Assembly (NCBI GenBank): GCA_000018565.1
Contig: CP000875.1
Coordinates: 313,199-377,198 of the forward strand
DNA: 64,000 bases
Origin: Herpetosiphon aurantiacus DSM 785
GTDB lineage: Bacteria; Chloroflexota; Chloroflexia; Chloroflexales; Herpetosiphonaceae
Direction: 5' to 3'
The translations under genes were made by a program, and so were the position numbers. Under the pieces are notes generated by a model, which was given only the letters and a program-made list of their open reading frames with translations, ran no database searches and had not been told where the DNA came from. Of the stretch, positions 50,749 through 61,514 are shown one piece after another (position 1 is the stretch's first letter; every line of letters starts with the position of its first letter).

Positions 50749-53009
50749 CTGAACGATCACGGCAACGCGGCCATCAACAGCTCCAAACTATGCGCAGCAA
50801 ACGGATTCAGGCGCGACTGCTAGCGCTCTCACGGGTCATGAACGATATTATGAATGTTGATGATCCAGCGCGATTGATCACTGCTGCCAGTGCCAAATTG
50901 CGCCAGGTTTTAGCTGTTGATGCCATTGCAGTGTGGTTTTATAGTCCTACTTCACATCGTTACCTACTAAGCCACTTCAATAATGCCAACCACGAAGATT
51001 TTAGTGCAGATGATCGCGAGGCCTTAAGTGCTTTGCAAGTGCGCAGCGGCGAGGCGTTGGCTGGGCGTGTGGTCAGTGAAGGCCATGCGATCAGCGCCCG
51101 CAACGCCGACGAATATCGCAGCATGTTTGGCGCATTGGGTCGCCGCCGCGAGGCCTTATTCAATCGCTGGCGAGCGCTCCTGCCAATTTCATTTCAAGTA
51201 ACCGGTTTCACGCTGGGCGGCAATGGGCGACCCAGCGGCGTGATTGAGCTTTTCAGTAGCAAGCCCAGCATCAATGCTAACTCGGCTGCTTGGCTACAAC
51301 CAACCCTTGATCAGCTTGGTTCGTTGTTGCAGTTAGTGCGTCAACAGGCCGATGCCCGTAGCCAGCGCCGCCGTTTGGCCGCCCTCGATGCCGTCGTTAC
51401 CGCGATTAGCACCTCTTCCGACTTGCCCGACCTCTTAAATGTGGCGCTGTTGGTGGTGATTGAGGTAGTCAGCGCCAATGGTGGGGCAATTTGTTTGGCC
51501 TCGCCTGGTGGCCGTAGCATGACTTTAGCCGCGCAACATCAACTCCCGCAACGCGAGGCTTTGCTCCTTGGTTCGAGCCAAGCCAACAGCGTGTTGGAAG
51601 ATGTCGTTTACTACGGCCAGCCAACCTTGCGACCCGTGATCAGCACCAGCGATCTTGGCGAGGATATTATGGGTCGCGCTGCCATGCCTTTGCTGGCTGG
51701 GGGCACAATCGTCGGGGTTTTGGTGTTATATGGCAATTACCAAACGCTCTCGAATAATATCGATTGGCCTTCGCTGGTTTCGATGGGTTCGCAAATTGGC
51801 ATCGCGATTGCCAATACCCGTTTATACGAAGAAAGCCAACGCGAACGCCAACGGCTGGGCACGGTGATCGAATCGATCGCTGATGGCGTGGCAATTTGTA
51901 ATGGCGTTGGCGAATTAATTCTGGCCAACGAAACCGCAGCGGGCTTGGTGGAAATTTCAATTCTGCCCACCTTAGCCACCAGCAGCGAATCGGGCGCACG
52001 CTACCTTGATGGCACGTTTGTCGAAGCTGATATGCTGCCATTTGCCCGCGCTTTGGCTGGTGAAGTGTTCCGCGATTATCGTTTAATTGTGCCAGGCAGC
52101 CAAGACCAAGATGTGGTGCTGAGCTTCAGCGGTGCACCGTTGCGCCGTTCAGTATTAATTGATAGTACTGAAACATCGTTTGATGGTGCAGTAATCGTGT
52201 TTCGCGATATTACCGAGCAACGCCGTTTGGAAGAGGCCAAGGATGAGTTTTTAGCGGTTGCTGCTCACGAACTGCGCTCACCACTGGCGGCAATCAAAGG
52301 CTACAGCGATTTGTTGCTGCGCCGCGAGTTGAAGCAAGCCAGCGAAGGCCGTGATTTGCGCGGCTTTATCACCTTGAGCCAGCAAGTCAATATTATGGTG
52401 CAGTTGGTCGATAATTTGCTTGATGTTTCACGAATTGATGCCGAGCGCTATACGATTCAGCTTGATGCGGTTGATTTGGGGATCTTGCTTGATTCAGTTG
52501 TGACCCATGCTCGCCAAACCGCCAACAATCATACCTTACATTTTGAGCAACTCAACCAGAGCGTCGTCTATGGCGATTCGCTAAAATTGCGCCAAGTTGC
52601 TACCAATTTTCTGACTAATGCAATTCGCTATAGCCCGCAACAAACCAACATTTGGGTGCAAGTGTTTAGCGATGAACAATTTGGCTATGTCCAAGTTGAT
52701 GATCAAGGGCCAGGCATTCCACAAGGCCAACGCGAACGTTTGTTTGAACGCTACTACAGAGTGCCGGGGATTCGCCGTACCGGATCGAGCACCGAAGGTT
52801 TGGGTTTAGGCTTGTATTTATGTCGCGAAATTATTACACTGCACAATGGGCGAATTTGGGTTGATAGCGCTCCGAGCGGCGGCGCACGCTTTTGCATCGC
52901 CATTCCGCGCTTTATCCCTGAAAAACATGAAACCAACACAACCCAAACCACCCTCGATCTCGATGCCTTTTTATTCTCGCCCCAACCAGGCCGGAGGAAT
53001 GATGAATAG
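50745..53009 (+). CDS. Sensor histidine kinase with GAF domains
   Basis: It has an H-box (AAHELRSPLAAIKGYSDLL), N/G boxes (LTNAIRYSP, DDQGPGIP, GLGLGLYLCREII), and two GAF-like regions. It has an ATGA overlap with the epimerase stop. Confidence 0.8.
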   Translation: MTERSRQRGHQQLQTMRSKRIQARLLALSRVMNDIMNVDDPARLITAASAKLRQVLAVDAIAVWFYSPTSHRYLLSHFNNANHEDFSADDREALSALQVRSGEALAGRVVSEGHAISARNADEYRSMFGALGRRREALFNRWRALLPISFQVTGFTLGGNGRPSGVIELFSSKPSINANSAAWLQPTLDQLGSLLQLVRQQADARSQRRRLAALDAVVTAISTSSDLPDLLNVALLVVIEVVSANGGAICLASPGGRSMTLAAQHQLPQREALLLGSSQANSVLEDVVYYGQPTLRPVISTSDLGEDIMGRAAMPLLAGGTIVGVLVLYGNYQTLSNNIDWPSLVSMGSQIGIAIANTRLYEESQRERQRLGTVIESIADGVAICNGVGELILANETAAGLVEISILPTLATSSESGARYLDGTFVEADMLPFARALAGEVFRDYRLIVPGSQDQDVVLSFSGAPLRRSVLIDSTETSFDGAVIVFRDITEQRRLEEAKDEFLAVAAHELRSPLAAIKGYSDLLLRRELKQASEGRDLRGFITLSQQVNIMVQLVDNLLDVSRIDAERYTIQLDAVDLGILLDSVVTHARQTANNHTLHFEQLNQSVVYGDSLKLRQVATNFLTNAIRYSPQQTNIWVQVFSDEQFGYVQVDDQGPGIPQGQRERLFERYYRVPGIRRTGSSTEGLGLGLYLCREIITLHNGRIWVDSAPSGGARFCIAIPRFIPEKHETNTTQTTLDLDAFLFSPQPGRRNDE

Positions 53010-53502
53010 TAGTGTGATTGCAGTATTACGTCGCGTCGATATTTTTGCTGGGCTAAACGATCTCGAGTTAAGCCAAATTGCCCAATTGTGCAAAGTTGCC
53101 AAGGCCAAAAAAGGCCAAATCATCTTCCGCGAAGATAGTGACGGCGACGATTTGTATGTGGTTCACGATGGTGCGGTGGAAATTCAAGTCCAAACCCGTG
53201 GCTCCGACGGCCAACATCGTTTATCAACGATCAACACCGCTTACGAAGGGCAAGCTTTTGGCGAAATTGCCATGCTGGGCGGTGGCAGCCGTTCGGCTAC
53301 AGCGGTTGCCAGCATGAATCCAACCACCTTGTTAGTGATCAACGGCCCAGAACTTTCGACGCTCTGCGACACCAACACCGCGATTGGCTATCGCATTATG
53401 CGTAACTTTATCAACGATATGATCTACAAGCTGCGCTCGGCCTCGTTGCTGCTGCGCGGCCATATCAAATGGCAAGATAATCAACTGAGCCAGATTGATT
53501 AG
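52999..53502 (+). CDS. Stand-alone cyclic-nucleotide-binding (cNMP) domain protein
   Basis: It has the FGEIAMLGGGSRSATAVA phosphate-binding cassette. There is no HTH. Its start overlaps the kinase 3' end. Confidence 0.65.
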   Translation: MMNSSVIAVLRRVDIFAGLNDLELSQIAQLCKVAKAKKGQIIFREDSDGDDLYVVHDGAVEIQVQTRGSDGQHRLSTINTAYEGQAFGEIAMLGGGSRSATAVASMNPTTLLVINGPELSTLCDTNTAIGYRIMRNFINDMIYKLRSASLLLRGHIKWQDNQLSQID

Positions 53503-53583
53503 TCCATGTTGATAGTTTGCAATCCTTTCGCCCCTTCGTCGGAGGGAAATACGGGAGGTGTTGCTTTTCAAGGGTAGATTTGA

Positions 53584-53649
53584 TCACCACCCTTCCGTCC
53601 CGCCTCAAGGCGGGAGACGCAGGGGGATTAAAGCCCCCTGCACCCCCTA
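53584..53649. repeat. Double-hairpin repeat R1 copy 2 (loop flipped relative to 23563-23636)
   Basis: It has identical arms. The apical loop is ATTAAAG versus CTTTAAT. Confidence 0.75.
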
Positions 53650-53720
53650 AAAGTACAATTAGTGATAGCCTGTGGTTGATTGATAAACTTCAAACTAAGC
53701 GTTAATTCCTTATTCTTAGT

Positions 53721-53790
53721 GCTCTTCGCGTTCTTCGAGGTTTCGATTACTTCATGCTCTTCGTGTCCTTCGTGCCCTTCGTGGATCAAA
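53721..53790. repeat. Tandem degenerate 9-mer (YCCTTCGTG)n array
   Basis: The units are CTCTTCGCG TTCTTCGAG ... CTCTTCGTG TCCTTCGTG CCCTTCGTG. Confidence 0.65.
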
Positions 53791-53857
53791 TCTTGTGGTA
53801 CGCAACTTGCGATAGTGCTCAGTAGATTGCAATAGCCTGCTAGTGAAGGAGTTTTGT

Positions 53858-54769
53858 ATGGCTACTGAGAAAAATGTGCATCAAACTGAGCGCTTGCTTT
53901 CGGTAGCAAGCGGCAGTGCGTTGGTTGCATTTGGAATTATGCGTCGCCATTTGCCAGTAAGCTTGGCGGCGATTGCTGGTGGTGCGCCGCTCTTGTGGCG
54001 CGGCTTGACTGGCCATTGCCCAGTCTATAGTGCGCTCAATATCAATACAGCTGAACCAACGACCCAAGCCATGTGGAGCAAGCCTACTGCCCCAGCAACG
54101 CCACGGATTCCAATTCCTACCAACCATACCAATGCCGATCAGGCTGGCGTAGACCAAGCCAAGGCGATCAGCGTTGAACAGACAATTACGGTTGATCAGC
54201 CAGTCGCCGAGGTGTTTCGCTTTTGGGGCAATTTTGAAAACTTGCCTAAATTTATGCATTACCTCAATAGCGTCAAGATGTTTCAAAATGGCACGAGCCA
54301 CTGGGAAGCCAAGGCTCCGCTGGGCTTGAGCATTTCGTGGGATGCAGAAATTGCTGATGCCAAACTGAATGAATATATCGCTTGGCGTTCATTGCCCAAC
54401 TCAACGTTGCCCAATCAAGGTCGAGTTGAATTTAATGCCTTGAGCGATGAACAAACTGAAGTGCGCGTGCAGCTCGATTATCAACCACCAGCAGGCACGG
54501 TTGGTGAGGCTGTCGCCAAATTGTTTGGCAACGATCCCCAAAAGGCGATTGCCGAAGATCTTGAACGGTTCCGCAAGGTAATTGAGGATGAAGAAGAACG
54601 CACGGCGGTCAAGGCCAATGCGGTTGGCGAAAAGCCCAATGCTAACAATCCTGAATATAGCGATAAGCTCAAGGTTGAGGCCAAAACTAACAAAGAAGAA
54701 TCGCTTGAGAATGAAGATAAAGCGGTCGATACCAGTTTTCCTGCCAGTGATCCGCCAGCAACCTGGTAG
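53858..54769 (+). CDS. DUF2892 (YgaP-like) membrane segment fused to SRPBCC/cyclase-dehydrase domain protein
   Basis: An AAGGAG RBS precedes it. It has GAPLLWRGLTGHCPVYSALNI, an SRPBCC-like core, and an acidic C-terminal tail. Confidence 0.6.
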   Translation: MATEKNVHQTERLLSVASGSALVAFGIMRRHLPVSLAAIAGGAPLLWRGLTGHCPVYSALNINTAEPTTQAMWSKPTAPATPRIPIPTNHTNADQAGVDQAKAISVEQTITVDQPVAEVFRFWGNFENLPKFMHYLNSVKMFQNGTSHWEAKAPLGLSISWDAEIADAKLNEYIAWRSLPNSTLPNQGRVEFNALSDEQTEVRVQLDYQPPAGTVGEAVAKLFGNDPQKAIAEDLERFRKVIEDEEERTAVKANAVGEKPNANNPEYSDKLKVEAKTNKEESLENEDKAVDTSFPASDPPATW

Positions 54770-54862
54770 TAATTTGACTATCTGAGGCGTTAAGAGCAGT
54801 GGCTATGCTCGTAGCCCTTGCCTTGCAATACGGGAGCAACCTGTTGGTTGCTCCCGATCAAT

Positions 54863-56005
54863 TTAACTAAGCTTTTTTTCGTAAATGCGATAGGTTTTAT
54901 AGCGCCGCCCGCCTAAACCAGCAATCGTATTGTTCATCACATCGTTATTTTCAAGAATCCACGACATTTCGGCGGTATGATAGCCGCGCTTGAGGCCTGC
55001 ATTGCGCACTTCACGATAAAAAACTGCATCGATCCCGCGTCGTCGATATTCGGGCAAAACCCCCATAATCAACACCCGCATTTGGTCGATTTCGCGTTTG
55101 CGCCGCAACATCGTGAGCCAGCCAAATGGCAATAAGCGTCCATCACTGTAGCGCAACGGAATATTAATATCGGGCACAGCGATCAGTAAGCCTACCATGC
55201 GCCCCTGATCTTCGGCCACAATCATCACTTCGGGGTCGAGAAAAGGCTTGAAGCTATAGGCTAAATGGCGAAATTCAGCCAAGGTCATATGAATTGCGCC
55301 CCAATTGTTGGCCCAAGCCTGATTATAAACGTGCCAGCCCGCCTCAACTTCTTCGGCAAAACGTCGCATATTCAGTTTGCGAAAAGTTAAGCCAGTTTGG
55401 GCTTGGGCTAAGGCTGCCACCCGCTCGATTTTCGCCCCACGCCCTTTTTCGGCATAGCTGCGCTGATCGACGATCCAGGCATATAAATCGATCGCCTTGC
55501 CAAAACCTTGATGCTCGATATATTCAACATAACGGGCTGGATTATAGGTCATCATCATCACAGGGGCTAGCTCAAAGCCTTCGATCAGCAAGCCACATTC
55601 ATCATTAATCGAGAAGTTCATAGGGCCACGAATCGCTTTATAGCCGCGATCACGCACCCAAGCACAGGCAGTTTGCAGCAGTGTAGCGGCAGCTTCGGGG
55701 TCATCGAGCACCTCGAAAAAACCAAAAAAACCAATGTGCTCGTTGTGAGTGCGATTATGCAGAAAATTGATGTGGGCCGAGATTGTGCCAACAATTTCCG
55801 TGCCGCGCTGCGCCAGAAACAATTGCACATCGCCATGGGCAAAAAAACCGCCATGTTTGGGGTTAAAAAAGCGTTCGCGTTCGATTAACAAGGGCGGAAC
55901 CCACAACGGATCGGGGTTTGCGCCACGATAAACCTTCCACGGAAAATGAATAAATTGTTGCCGCTGGCGGGCATTACGCACTGGTACAATCTGCAACGGC
56001 AGCAT
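54863..56005 (-). CDS. GNAT-fold acyltransferase-like protein (tandem domains), function unknown
   Basis: It is a 380-aa ORF. The assignment rests only on general similarity recognised by eye, so it is low confidence. Confidence 0.4.
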   Translation of the reverse strand: MLPLQIVPVRNARQRQQFIHFPWKVYRGANPDPLWVPPLLIERERFFNPKHGGFFAHGDVQLFLAQRGTEIVGTISAHINFLHNRTHNEHIGFFGFFEVLDDPEAAATLLQTACAWVRDRGYKAIRGPMNFSINDECGLLIEGFELAPVMMMTYNPARYVEYIEHQGFGKAIDLYAWIVDQRSYAEKGRGAKIERVAALAQAQTGLTFRKLNMRRFAEEVEAGWHVYNQAWANNWGAIHMTLAEFRHLAYSFKPFLDPEVMIVAEDQGRMVGLLIAVPDINIPLRYSDGRLLPFGWLTMLRRKREIDQMRVLIMGVLPEYRRRGIDAVFYREVRNAGLKRGYHTAEMSWILENNDVMNNTIAGLGGRRYKTYRIYEKKLS

Positions 56006-56033
56006 TAATCAACCTCAAATGAACTTAAATCAA

Positions 56034-56077
56034 GCTCCCCTCGCCCGCCACAGTGAGAGGGGTTGGGGGTGAGGGAA
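56034..56077. repeat. R2 hairpin repeat copy
   Basis: The sequence is CTCCCCTCGCCCGCCACAGTGAGAGGGGTTGGGGGTGAGGGAA. Confidence 0.7.
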
Positions 56078-56081
56078 AAGC

Positions 56082-56432
56082 CTAGGCTTTACGCCGTTTT
56101 GGCCGGACTAAATCATAGGAATGGGCGATCAGCGCCAAACATTCCTCATCGGGCACGCTGCCATCAAGCACAATTGTGTTCCAATGGCGCTTATTTAAAT
56201 GATAGCCAGCCGTAATCGCTGGATATTGTTCGCGCAACATCTCAGCCCGATCAGGATCGCATTTCAGGCTAATTTGGGCTGGCTCACTGCGAACAAGTAG
56301 GGCAAACATTTTGCCGCGCTCATCGCCAATTTTAAACACCAAGGGTTCAATCCCAAATGGATAATCTTCAATTACGTCGTCAAGGCTCAGGCAATAGCTG
56401 CGAGCTTGGGCATAATCAACGTGGTTGCTCAT
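56082..56432 (-). CDS. MmcQ/YjbR-family protein
   Basis: It has the family motif pattern (DYAQARSYCLSL...YPFGIEPLVFKIG...HLNKRHWNTI). The start is the ATG at 56432, which has an AAGGAG RBS. Confidence 0.6.
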   Translation of the reverse strand: MSNHVDYAQARSYCLSLDDVIEDYPFGIEPLVFKIGDERGKMFALLVRSEPAQISLKCDPDRAEMLREQYPAITAGYHLNKRHWNTIVLDGSVPDEECLALIAHSYDLVRPKRRKA

Positions 56433-57036
56433 TGGCTGGCTCCTTTGCTTGATCTTTACTTTTCTTGGGGGCTTCGCCATTGACGGCGTTCATGGCTTTG
56501 GTCACGCCATCACTCAAGCACAATTCGCAGGCCTCAACCGCCCGATCGTAGAGTTTTGGCAAGGTTTCGCGTTCGGCAGCATTCCAATTGCCGAGCACAA
56601 AATTAATCACTTCCCAACCTTCAGGTGGGCGGCCAATGCCAAAGCGCAAGCGGGCAAATTTTTGAGTTCCCAGCAATTGAATAATCGAATTCATGCCACG
56701 CTGACCACCAGAACTACCTTGATTGCGCAGCTTGATCGTGCCAAAAGGCAGATCTAAATCGTCGTAAACCACCAATAATTCGCTGGCTGGGTCGATTTTG
56801 TACCAATTTACGAGGCCGACGACTGATTTGCCACTATCGTTCATAAAGGTTTGCGGGCGAGCCAAGGCCACGCGTTGGCCATTGACCAAGCCCTCAGCAA
56901 TGCGGGCATCGGAGCGCTTGCCATCGAAACTTAAATGATGGCGACGGGCAAACTCGGCTACACATTGAAAGCCCACATTATGCCGATTATTCAGATATTT
57001 CTCACCTGGATTGCCCAGCCCAACAATTAAAAACAT
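56416..57036 (-). CDS. pth: Peptidyl-tRNA hydrolase with Lys-rich C-terminal tail
   Basis: The N-terminus MFLIVGLGNPGEKYLNNRHNVGF and the catalytic His are present. Confidence 0.85.
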   Translation of the reverse strand: MFLIVGLGNPGEKYLNNRHNVGFQCVAEFARRHHLSFDGKRSDARIAEGLVNGQRVALARPQTFMNDSGKSVVGLVNWYKIDPASELLVVYDDLDLPFGTIKLRNQGSSGGQRGMNSIIQLLGTQKFARLRFGIGRPPEGWEVINFVLGNWNAAERETLPKLYDRAVEACELCLSDGVTKAMNAVNGEAPKKSKDQAKEPANEQPR

Positions 57037-57129
57037 GACATCCCCACGACAGGTTTGGTTAAAATCGCGATATACTACAGGCAATGCGCCGCCAATGGCG
57101 CAGGCTGAAGCATTGTACCATAGGGAAGT

Positions 57130-57666
57130 ATGCGCATTCTACGATTTCTGTTTGTGGCACTAGCGCTGCTGGTGCTCCTGCCCAACCGCGCTTTCGCGGA
57201 TAATCCAAACGAGCAAGTGTTGATCGACGAAGTTCGCGGAGCGTATCGGGTTGTCGCCACCCTTGCCCCAAATCCACCAGCAGTTGGTGAGGCGCTGTTG
57301 CGGGTTGTGATTACCGATGCGACCTCGGGCCAACCTTCGCCGCTTAATTTGGTGCAGCTCTATGCCGCGCCCGATAGCATTGGCCGCGAAGAATTATTTA
57401 CCATGCTGCCGGAAAATCAAGATCGTAACGCAGGCCGCTATACCAGCGACCGACTGCGCTTTACGATTAGCGATCAATGGACAATGCGCTTAGTGCTGGG
57501 CGCTCCTGAAGGCGAGATGGTTTTTACCACCAAAGTCCAAGTCGATTCAGTGTTTAAGGAGATCGGCGAAGCAGCAGTGATTGCCGTGCCTGCAACCTTG
57601 GTCGGTTTGGCGGTGGTCTTTATCGGCTATAAAATTTGGCGCAAAAAACGCCAAGCAGCCAACTAA
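57130..57666 (+). CDS. Secreted, C-terminally membrane-anchored protein (hypothetical)
   Basis: It has a signal peptide and a C-terminal TM segment followed by KKRQ. Confidence 0.5.
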   Translation: MRILRFLFVALALLVLLPNRAFADNPNEQVLIDEVRGAYRVVATLAPNPPAVGEALLRVVITDATSGQPSPLNLVQLYAAPDSIGREELFTMLPENQDRNAGRYTSDRLRFTISDQWTMRLVLGAPEGEMVFTTKVQVDSVFKEIGEAAVIAVPATLVGLAVVFIGYKIWRKKRQAAN

Positions 57667-57746
57667 ATCAAGGCCAATTTTTGGTGGCGCTAGGCTACTC
57701 AATACCAATTAAGTACGTCTTAGCGTCGCCACATTGAGTTAATTCC

Positions 57747-58913
57747 ATGCAACTAACACCAGAAAATTATCATGAGCAGTTGATCGCGTTGGCGTTAACT
57801 GACGATTTTGTGCGCCTGACCATGAGTGGTGCTGCCCGTGCCACCGATCTACGTTGGCAACGGGTGGTGGTGCGGCCTGTGCAATTGAAACAAGGCCGCG
57901 CTTGGCAAGCAGCCTATTTTGACCAGCGTCAAAATATCACCAAAAATTACGCAATCGAGCAAGCCAGCAGCGCCCTCGGTGAGATTATTGCGATTCCGCT
58001 GAGCAATATTACGCTGGAAACCACCAGCGAACGCATCCAAATCCAACGGAGCAAAAAGGGCAAAGTGATTATTAGTCGAGTCCGCAATCAAGCGGCGGCT
58101 CCAGATTTGCGCCATAACCACGTTAAAGCCTTGCCTTTGCCCAGCGATAGCCCTGATGCCTATTTACAAAAAACGGGCATTATGACCAACGATGGGGTGA
58201 TTCGTGCCAGCATGAGCAAAAAATACACCCAAATCAATGAATTTTTGCGGGTGTTCGATGAGCTTGATCTCAAACCCAGCCCTGAGCAACCGTTGCGAAT
58301 TCTTGATGCTGGCTGTGGCTCGGCCTATTTGACCTTTGCGGCCTATCACTATTTGGTCAACATTCGTGGCTTAGCGGCGGTGGTGATTGGGGTTGATTCA
58401 AACGAATATTTAATTGCTAAATGTCGCGCTCAAGCAGAAGAATTGGGCTACACCGATATGCAATTTATCGCCATGCCCTTAGCCGATTGGCAGCCTGAGC
58501 AGCAGCCAGATGTGGTGTTTTCGTTGCATGCCTGCGATACCGCCACCGACGATGCCTTGGCTTTGGCGATTCGCAGCCAAGCCCAAGCAATTTTGAGTGT
58601 GCCTTGTTGCCATAAACATCTGACGCATCAAATTCAAGCCGAGGTGCTCAACTCCATGTTGCGCCATGGCAGCATTCGCCAGCGCACCGCCGATTTAGTG
58701 ACCGACAGCCTGCGGGCGCAACTGTTGCGGATCAATGGCTATCGTAGCGAGATTATTGAGTTTGTTGATGCAGAGCAGACTGGCAAGAATTTAATGATTC
58801 GGGCTATTCGTAGCAAAAAACCTGATTCCAAAGCCGTGGCCGAATATCAGGCACTTAAGCAATTTTGGGGTGTTACGCCCTATTTAGAGCAGTTGTTGGG
58901 ATCAGGCAACTGA
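57747..58913 (+). CDS. Class I SAM-dependent methyltransferase
   Basis: It has motif I (ILDAGCGSAYLTFAAY) and the SVPCCHKH motif. Confidence 0.65.
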   Translation: MQLTPENYHEQLIALALTDDFVRLTMSGAARATDLRWQRVVVRPVQLKQGRAWQAAYFDQRQNITKNYAIEQASSALGEIIAIPLSNITLETTSERIQIQRSKKGKVIISRVRNQAAAPDLRHNHVKALPLPSDSPDAYLQKTGIMTNDGVIRASMSKKYTQINEFLRVFDELDLKPSPEQPLRILDAGCGSAYLTFAAYHYLVNIRGLAAVVIGVDSNEYLIAKCRAQAEELGYTDMQFIAMPLADWQPEQQPDVVFSLHACDTATDDALALAIRSQAQAILSVPCCHKHLTHQIQAEVLNSMLRHGSIRQRTADLVTDSLRAQLLRINGYRSEIIEFVDAEQTGKNLMIRAIRSKKPDSKAVAEYQALKQFWGVTPYLEQLLGSGN

Positions 58914-58923
58914 TCCCTTTTTT
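58898..58923 (+). terminator. Intrinsic terminator overlapping the stop codon (GGGATCAG-GCAA-CTGATCCC + TTTTTT)
   Basis: It is an 8-bp stem followed by a T6 run. Confidence 0.6.
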
Positions 58924-58982
58924 GATCCACAAAGGACACAAAGAACGCGAAACCACGAAGGACACGAAGATCGCGAAGGATT
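58924..58982. repeat. Tandem degenerate 9-mer (CACGAAGGA)n array
   Basis: The units are CACAAAGGA CACAAAGAA CGCGAAACC ACGAAGGAC ACGAAGATC GCGAAGGAT. Confidence 0.65.
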
Positions 58983-59313
58983 ATTTTTTAGCCACGAATT
59001 GCCCAGATTGTTTTGATTATTCTTCTAGATCCAAAAACCTCACATTCTCTGCGCCTCTGCGTTAAACCTGCCTCTAGGCTCTATCTTCTATATTCTCAAC
59101 TTCATCCCTCGTTCTTTTTGCCTTCTGCCTTCTGCCTTTTGATTTTCTCCCTGTTAACCATCTCTTACACAAAACTAACACTCCATCTATATTGTTCTAG
59201 TGGATGATCGGCTATACTCCATACACAGGTCGGGCAGTAAACGCCGCCTGTTCCAACAAACATACAAACACATTAGACATATCAATAAACACATTTTTGG
59301 AGGATTAACCGCT

Positions 59314-61194
59314 ATGGCAAAGATTGTAGGGATCGACTTGGGGACAACCAACTCGGTAGTCGCTGTTATGGAAGGTGGCGATCCAGCGGTTATTGCAAAC
59401 GTTGAAGGTGGTCGCACCACACCATCAGTTGTGGCCTTCTCGAAAAACGGCGAACGATTGGTTGGGCAAACTGCCAAGCGGCAAGCAACCGTCAACCCCG
59501 AAAATACTATTTTCTCAATCAAGCGCTTTATGGGCTTGGAGTTTGATAAAGCAACCCAAGAACGCAGCACGGTTCCATACGAAATTGTCAATGGCCCACG
59601 CGGCGATGCTCGGGTACGCGTACCACGCACTGGCAAGGATTACACACCCCAAGAAATTTCAGCTATGACCTTGCAAAAGCTCAAAAACGATGCTGAACAA
59701 TATTTGGGCGAGCCTGTGCGCCAAGCGGTCATTACCGTGCCAGCCTATTTCAACGATGCTCAACGCCAAGCAACCAAAGATGCTGGTCAAATTGCTGGGT
59801 TGGAAGTATTGCGGATTATCAACGAGCCAACCGCTGCGGCTTTGGCCTATGGTCTCGATAAAAAGAACGACGAAACGATCTTGGTCTTCGACCTTGGTGG
59901 CGGTACATTCGACGTTTCAGTGCTCGAAGTTGGCGATGGCGTGATTCAGGTCAAGGCAACCAATGGCGATACTCACCTTGGCGGCGATGACTACGACCAT
60001 CGGATTGTTAAATGGTTGATCGACGAGTATAAAAAAGATCAAGGCATTGACCTGACCAGCGATAAGCAAGCCTTACAACGCTTGAAAGAAGCTGCTGAAA
60101 AAGCCAAGATGGAACTCTCGACGACCATGGAAACCGAAATCAACCTGCCCTTTATTACGGCAGATGCCAGCGGACCCAAGCACTTGGTCACCAACTTGAC
60201 CCGCTCGAAGTTCGAGCAATTGACCGCTGATTTGACCGAACGGCTCAAAGGGCCATTTACCCAAGCGCTCAAAGATGCTGGCTTGAAGGCCACCCAAATT
60301 GATGAAGTGGTCTTGGTCGGTGGTTCAACCCGGATGCCAGTGGTGCAAGAATTAGTGCGCAAACTGACCGGCAAAGATCCACATAAGGGTGTGAACCCAG
60401 ACGAAGTGGTGGCAATCGGCGCAGCAATTCAAGCTGGTGTGCTTGGCGGCGAAGTCAAAGATGTGCTCTTACTTGACGTAACGCCATTGTCGTTGGGCGT
60501 GGAAACCCTTGGTGGGATCATGACCAAGTTGATTGATCGCAACACCACCATCCCAACCCGCAAATCGGAAGTATTTAGCACGGCGGCTGATGGCCAAACT
60601 GCGGTTGATATTCACGTTTTGCAGGGCGAACGCGAGATGGCTGGCGACAACATGACCTTGGCTCGCTTCCAATTGCAAGGGATTACGCCTGCGCCACGTG
60701 GTGTGCCACAAATCGAAGTGACCTTTGATATTGATGCAAACGGCATTATCAACGTTTCGGCCAAAGATAAAGCCACCAACAAAGAGCAAAAGATCACGAT
60801 TACCGCTAGCACCAACCTGAGCAAAGACGATGTGCAAAAAATGGTGCGTGATGCTGAATCGAATGCTTCAGCCGACCAAGCTCGTCGTGCCAAGATTGAG
60901 CTGAAAAACCAAGCTGATAACATTGCCTATCAAGCTGAAAAAACGCTCAACGACCTCGGCGATAAGGTTGACCCAAGCGCCAAGAGCCAAGCCGAAGCCC
61001 AAATTGCCGACTTGCGCTCGAAGATTGCTGCCGAGGATGATGCTGGGATTCAATCTGCAATGGCTACCTTGCAACAAACCTTGATGAGCATTGGCGAAGC
61101 CCAGTACAGCGACCAAGCTGCTGCTGCTGGTGCACCTGCCAACGCCAAGGCCGCTGATGATGGCGTAGTCGATGGTGAGTTCACCGTCGAGTAA
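59314..61194 (+). CDS. dnaK: Chaperone DnaK (Hsp70)
   Basis: The N-terminus is [18 protein letters not shown] and the C-terminus ends with EFTVE. A GGAGG RBS precedes it. Confidence 0.9.
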   Translation: MAKIVGIDLGTTNSVVAVMEGGDPAVIANVEGGRTTPSVVAFSKNGERLVGQTAKRQATVNPENTIFSIKRFMGLEFDKATQERSTVPYEIVNGPRGDARVRVPRTGKDYTPQEISAMTLQKLKNDAEQYLGEPVRQAVITVPAYFNDAQRQATKDAGQIAGLEVLRIINEPTAAALAYGLDKKNDETILVFDLGGGTFDVSVLEVGDGVIQVKATNGDTHLGGDDYDHRIVKWLIDEYKKDQGIDLTSDKQALQRLKEAAEKAKMELSTTMETEINLPFITADASGPKHLVTNLTRSKFEQLTADLTERLKGPFTQALKDAGLKATQIDEVVLVGGSTRMPVVQELVRKLTGKDPHKGVNPDEVVAIGAAIQAGVLGGEVKDVLLLDVTPLSLGVETLGGIMTKLIDRNTTIPTRKSEVFSTAADGQTAVDIHVLQGEREMAGDNMTLARFQLQGITPAPRGVPQIEVTFDIDANGIINVSAKDKATNKEQKITITASTNLSKDDVQKMVRDAESNASADQARRAKIELKNQADNIAYQAEKTLNDLGDKVDPSAKSQAEAQIADLRSKIAAEDDAGIQSAMATLQQTLMSIGEAQYSDQAAAAGAPANAKAADDGVVDGEFTVE

Positions 61195-61212
61195 ACCGCG
61201 CTCGCTTCGCTC

Positions 61213-61250
61213 AAACCACCTCTATGCTAGGTCATAGGGGTGGTTTTTTG
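61213..61250 (+). terminator. Intrinsic terminator after dnaK (AAACCACC...GGTGGTTTTTT)
   Basis: It is an 8-9 bp stem followed by a T6 run. Confidence 0.6.
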
Positions 61251-61514
61251 GTTAATCAGGGTAGGCAAGTTAACACCTTTTGGGCTAAAATTCAGTCTTG
61301 CGATGGAGCCAAAAAATTGGTATGCTATTTACACTATCGACCAGATGACATTTTGAAACCAAGGAGGGTGCATATGGCTGCTGTAATTGTGTTCTCAAAC
61401 GGGGAGCTCTAAGTAGCTGGGGCACGATAGCCTAATTTAAATCGGCCCTGGGGCAGGCTCCCCGTAGCGCTCGTCGTTGCGGAATCAATTTCTATTGAGG
61501 AGTATGCTGTCGCC

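Noticed and set aside
59080-59300. CT-rich tract upstream of dnaK as a possible CIRCE or RNA thermometer
   Set aside because: No CIRCE inverted repeat (TTAGCACTC-N9-GAGTGCTAA) is present. The thermometer idea has no structural support from the sequence alone.
59187-59636. 149-aa minus-strand ORF upstream of, and overlapping, dnaK
   Set aside because: It is antisense to the dnaK 5' region and promoter, and its sequence has no features.
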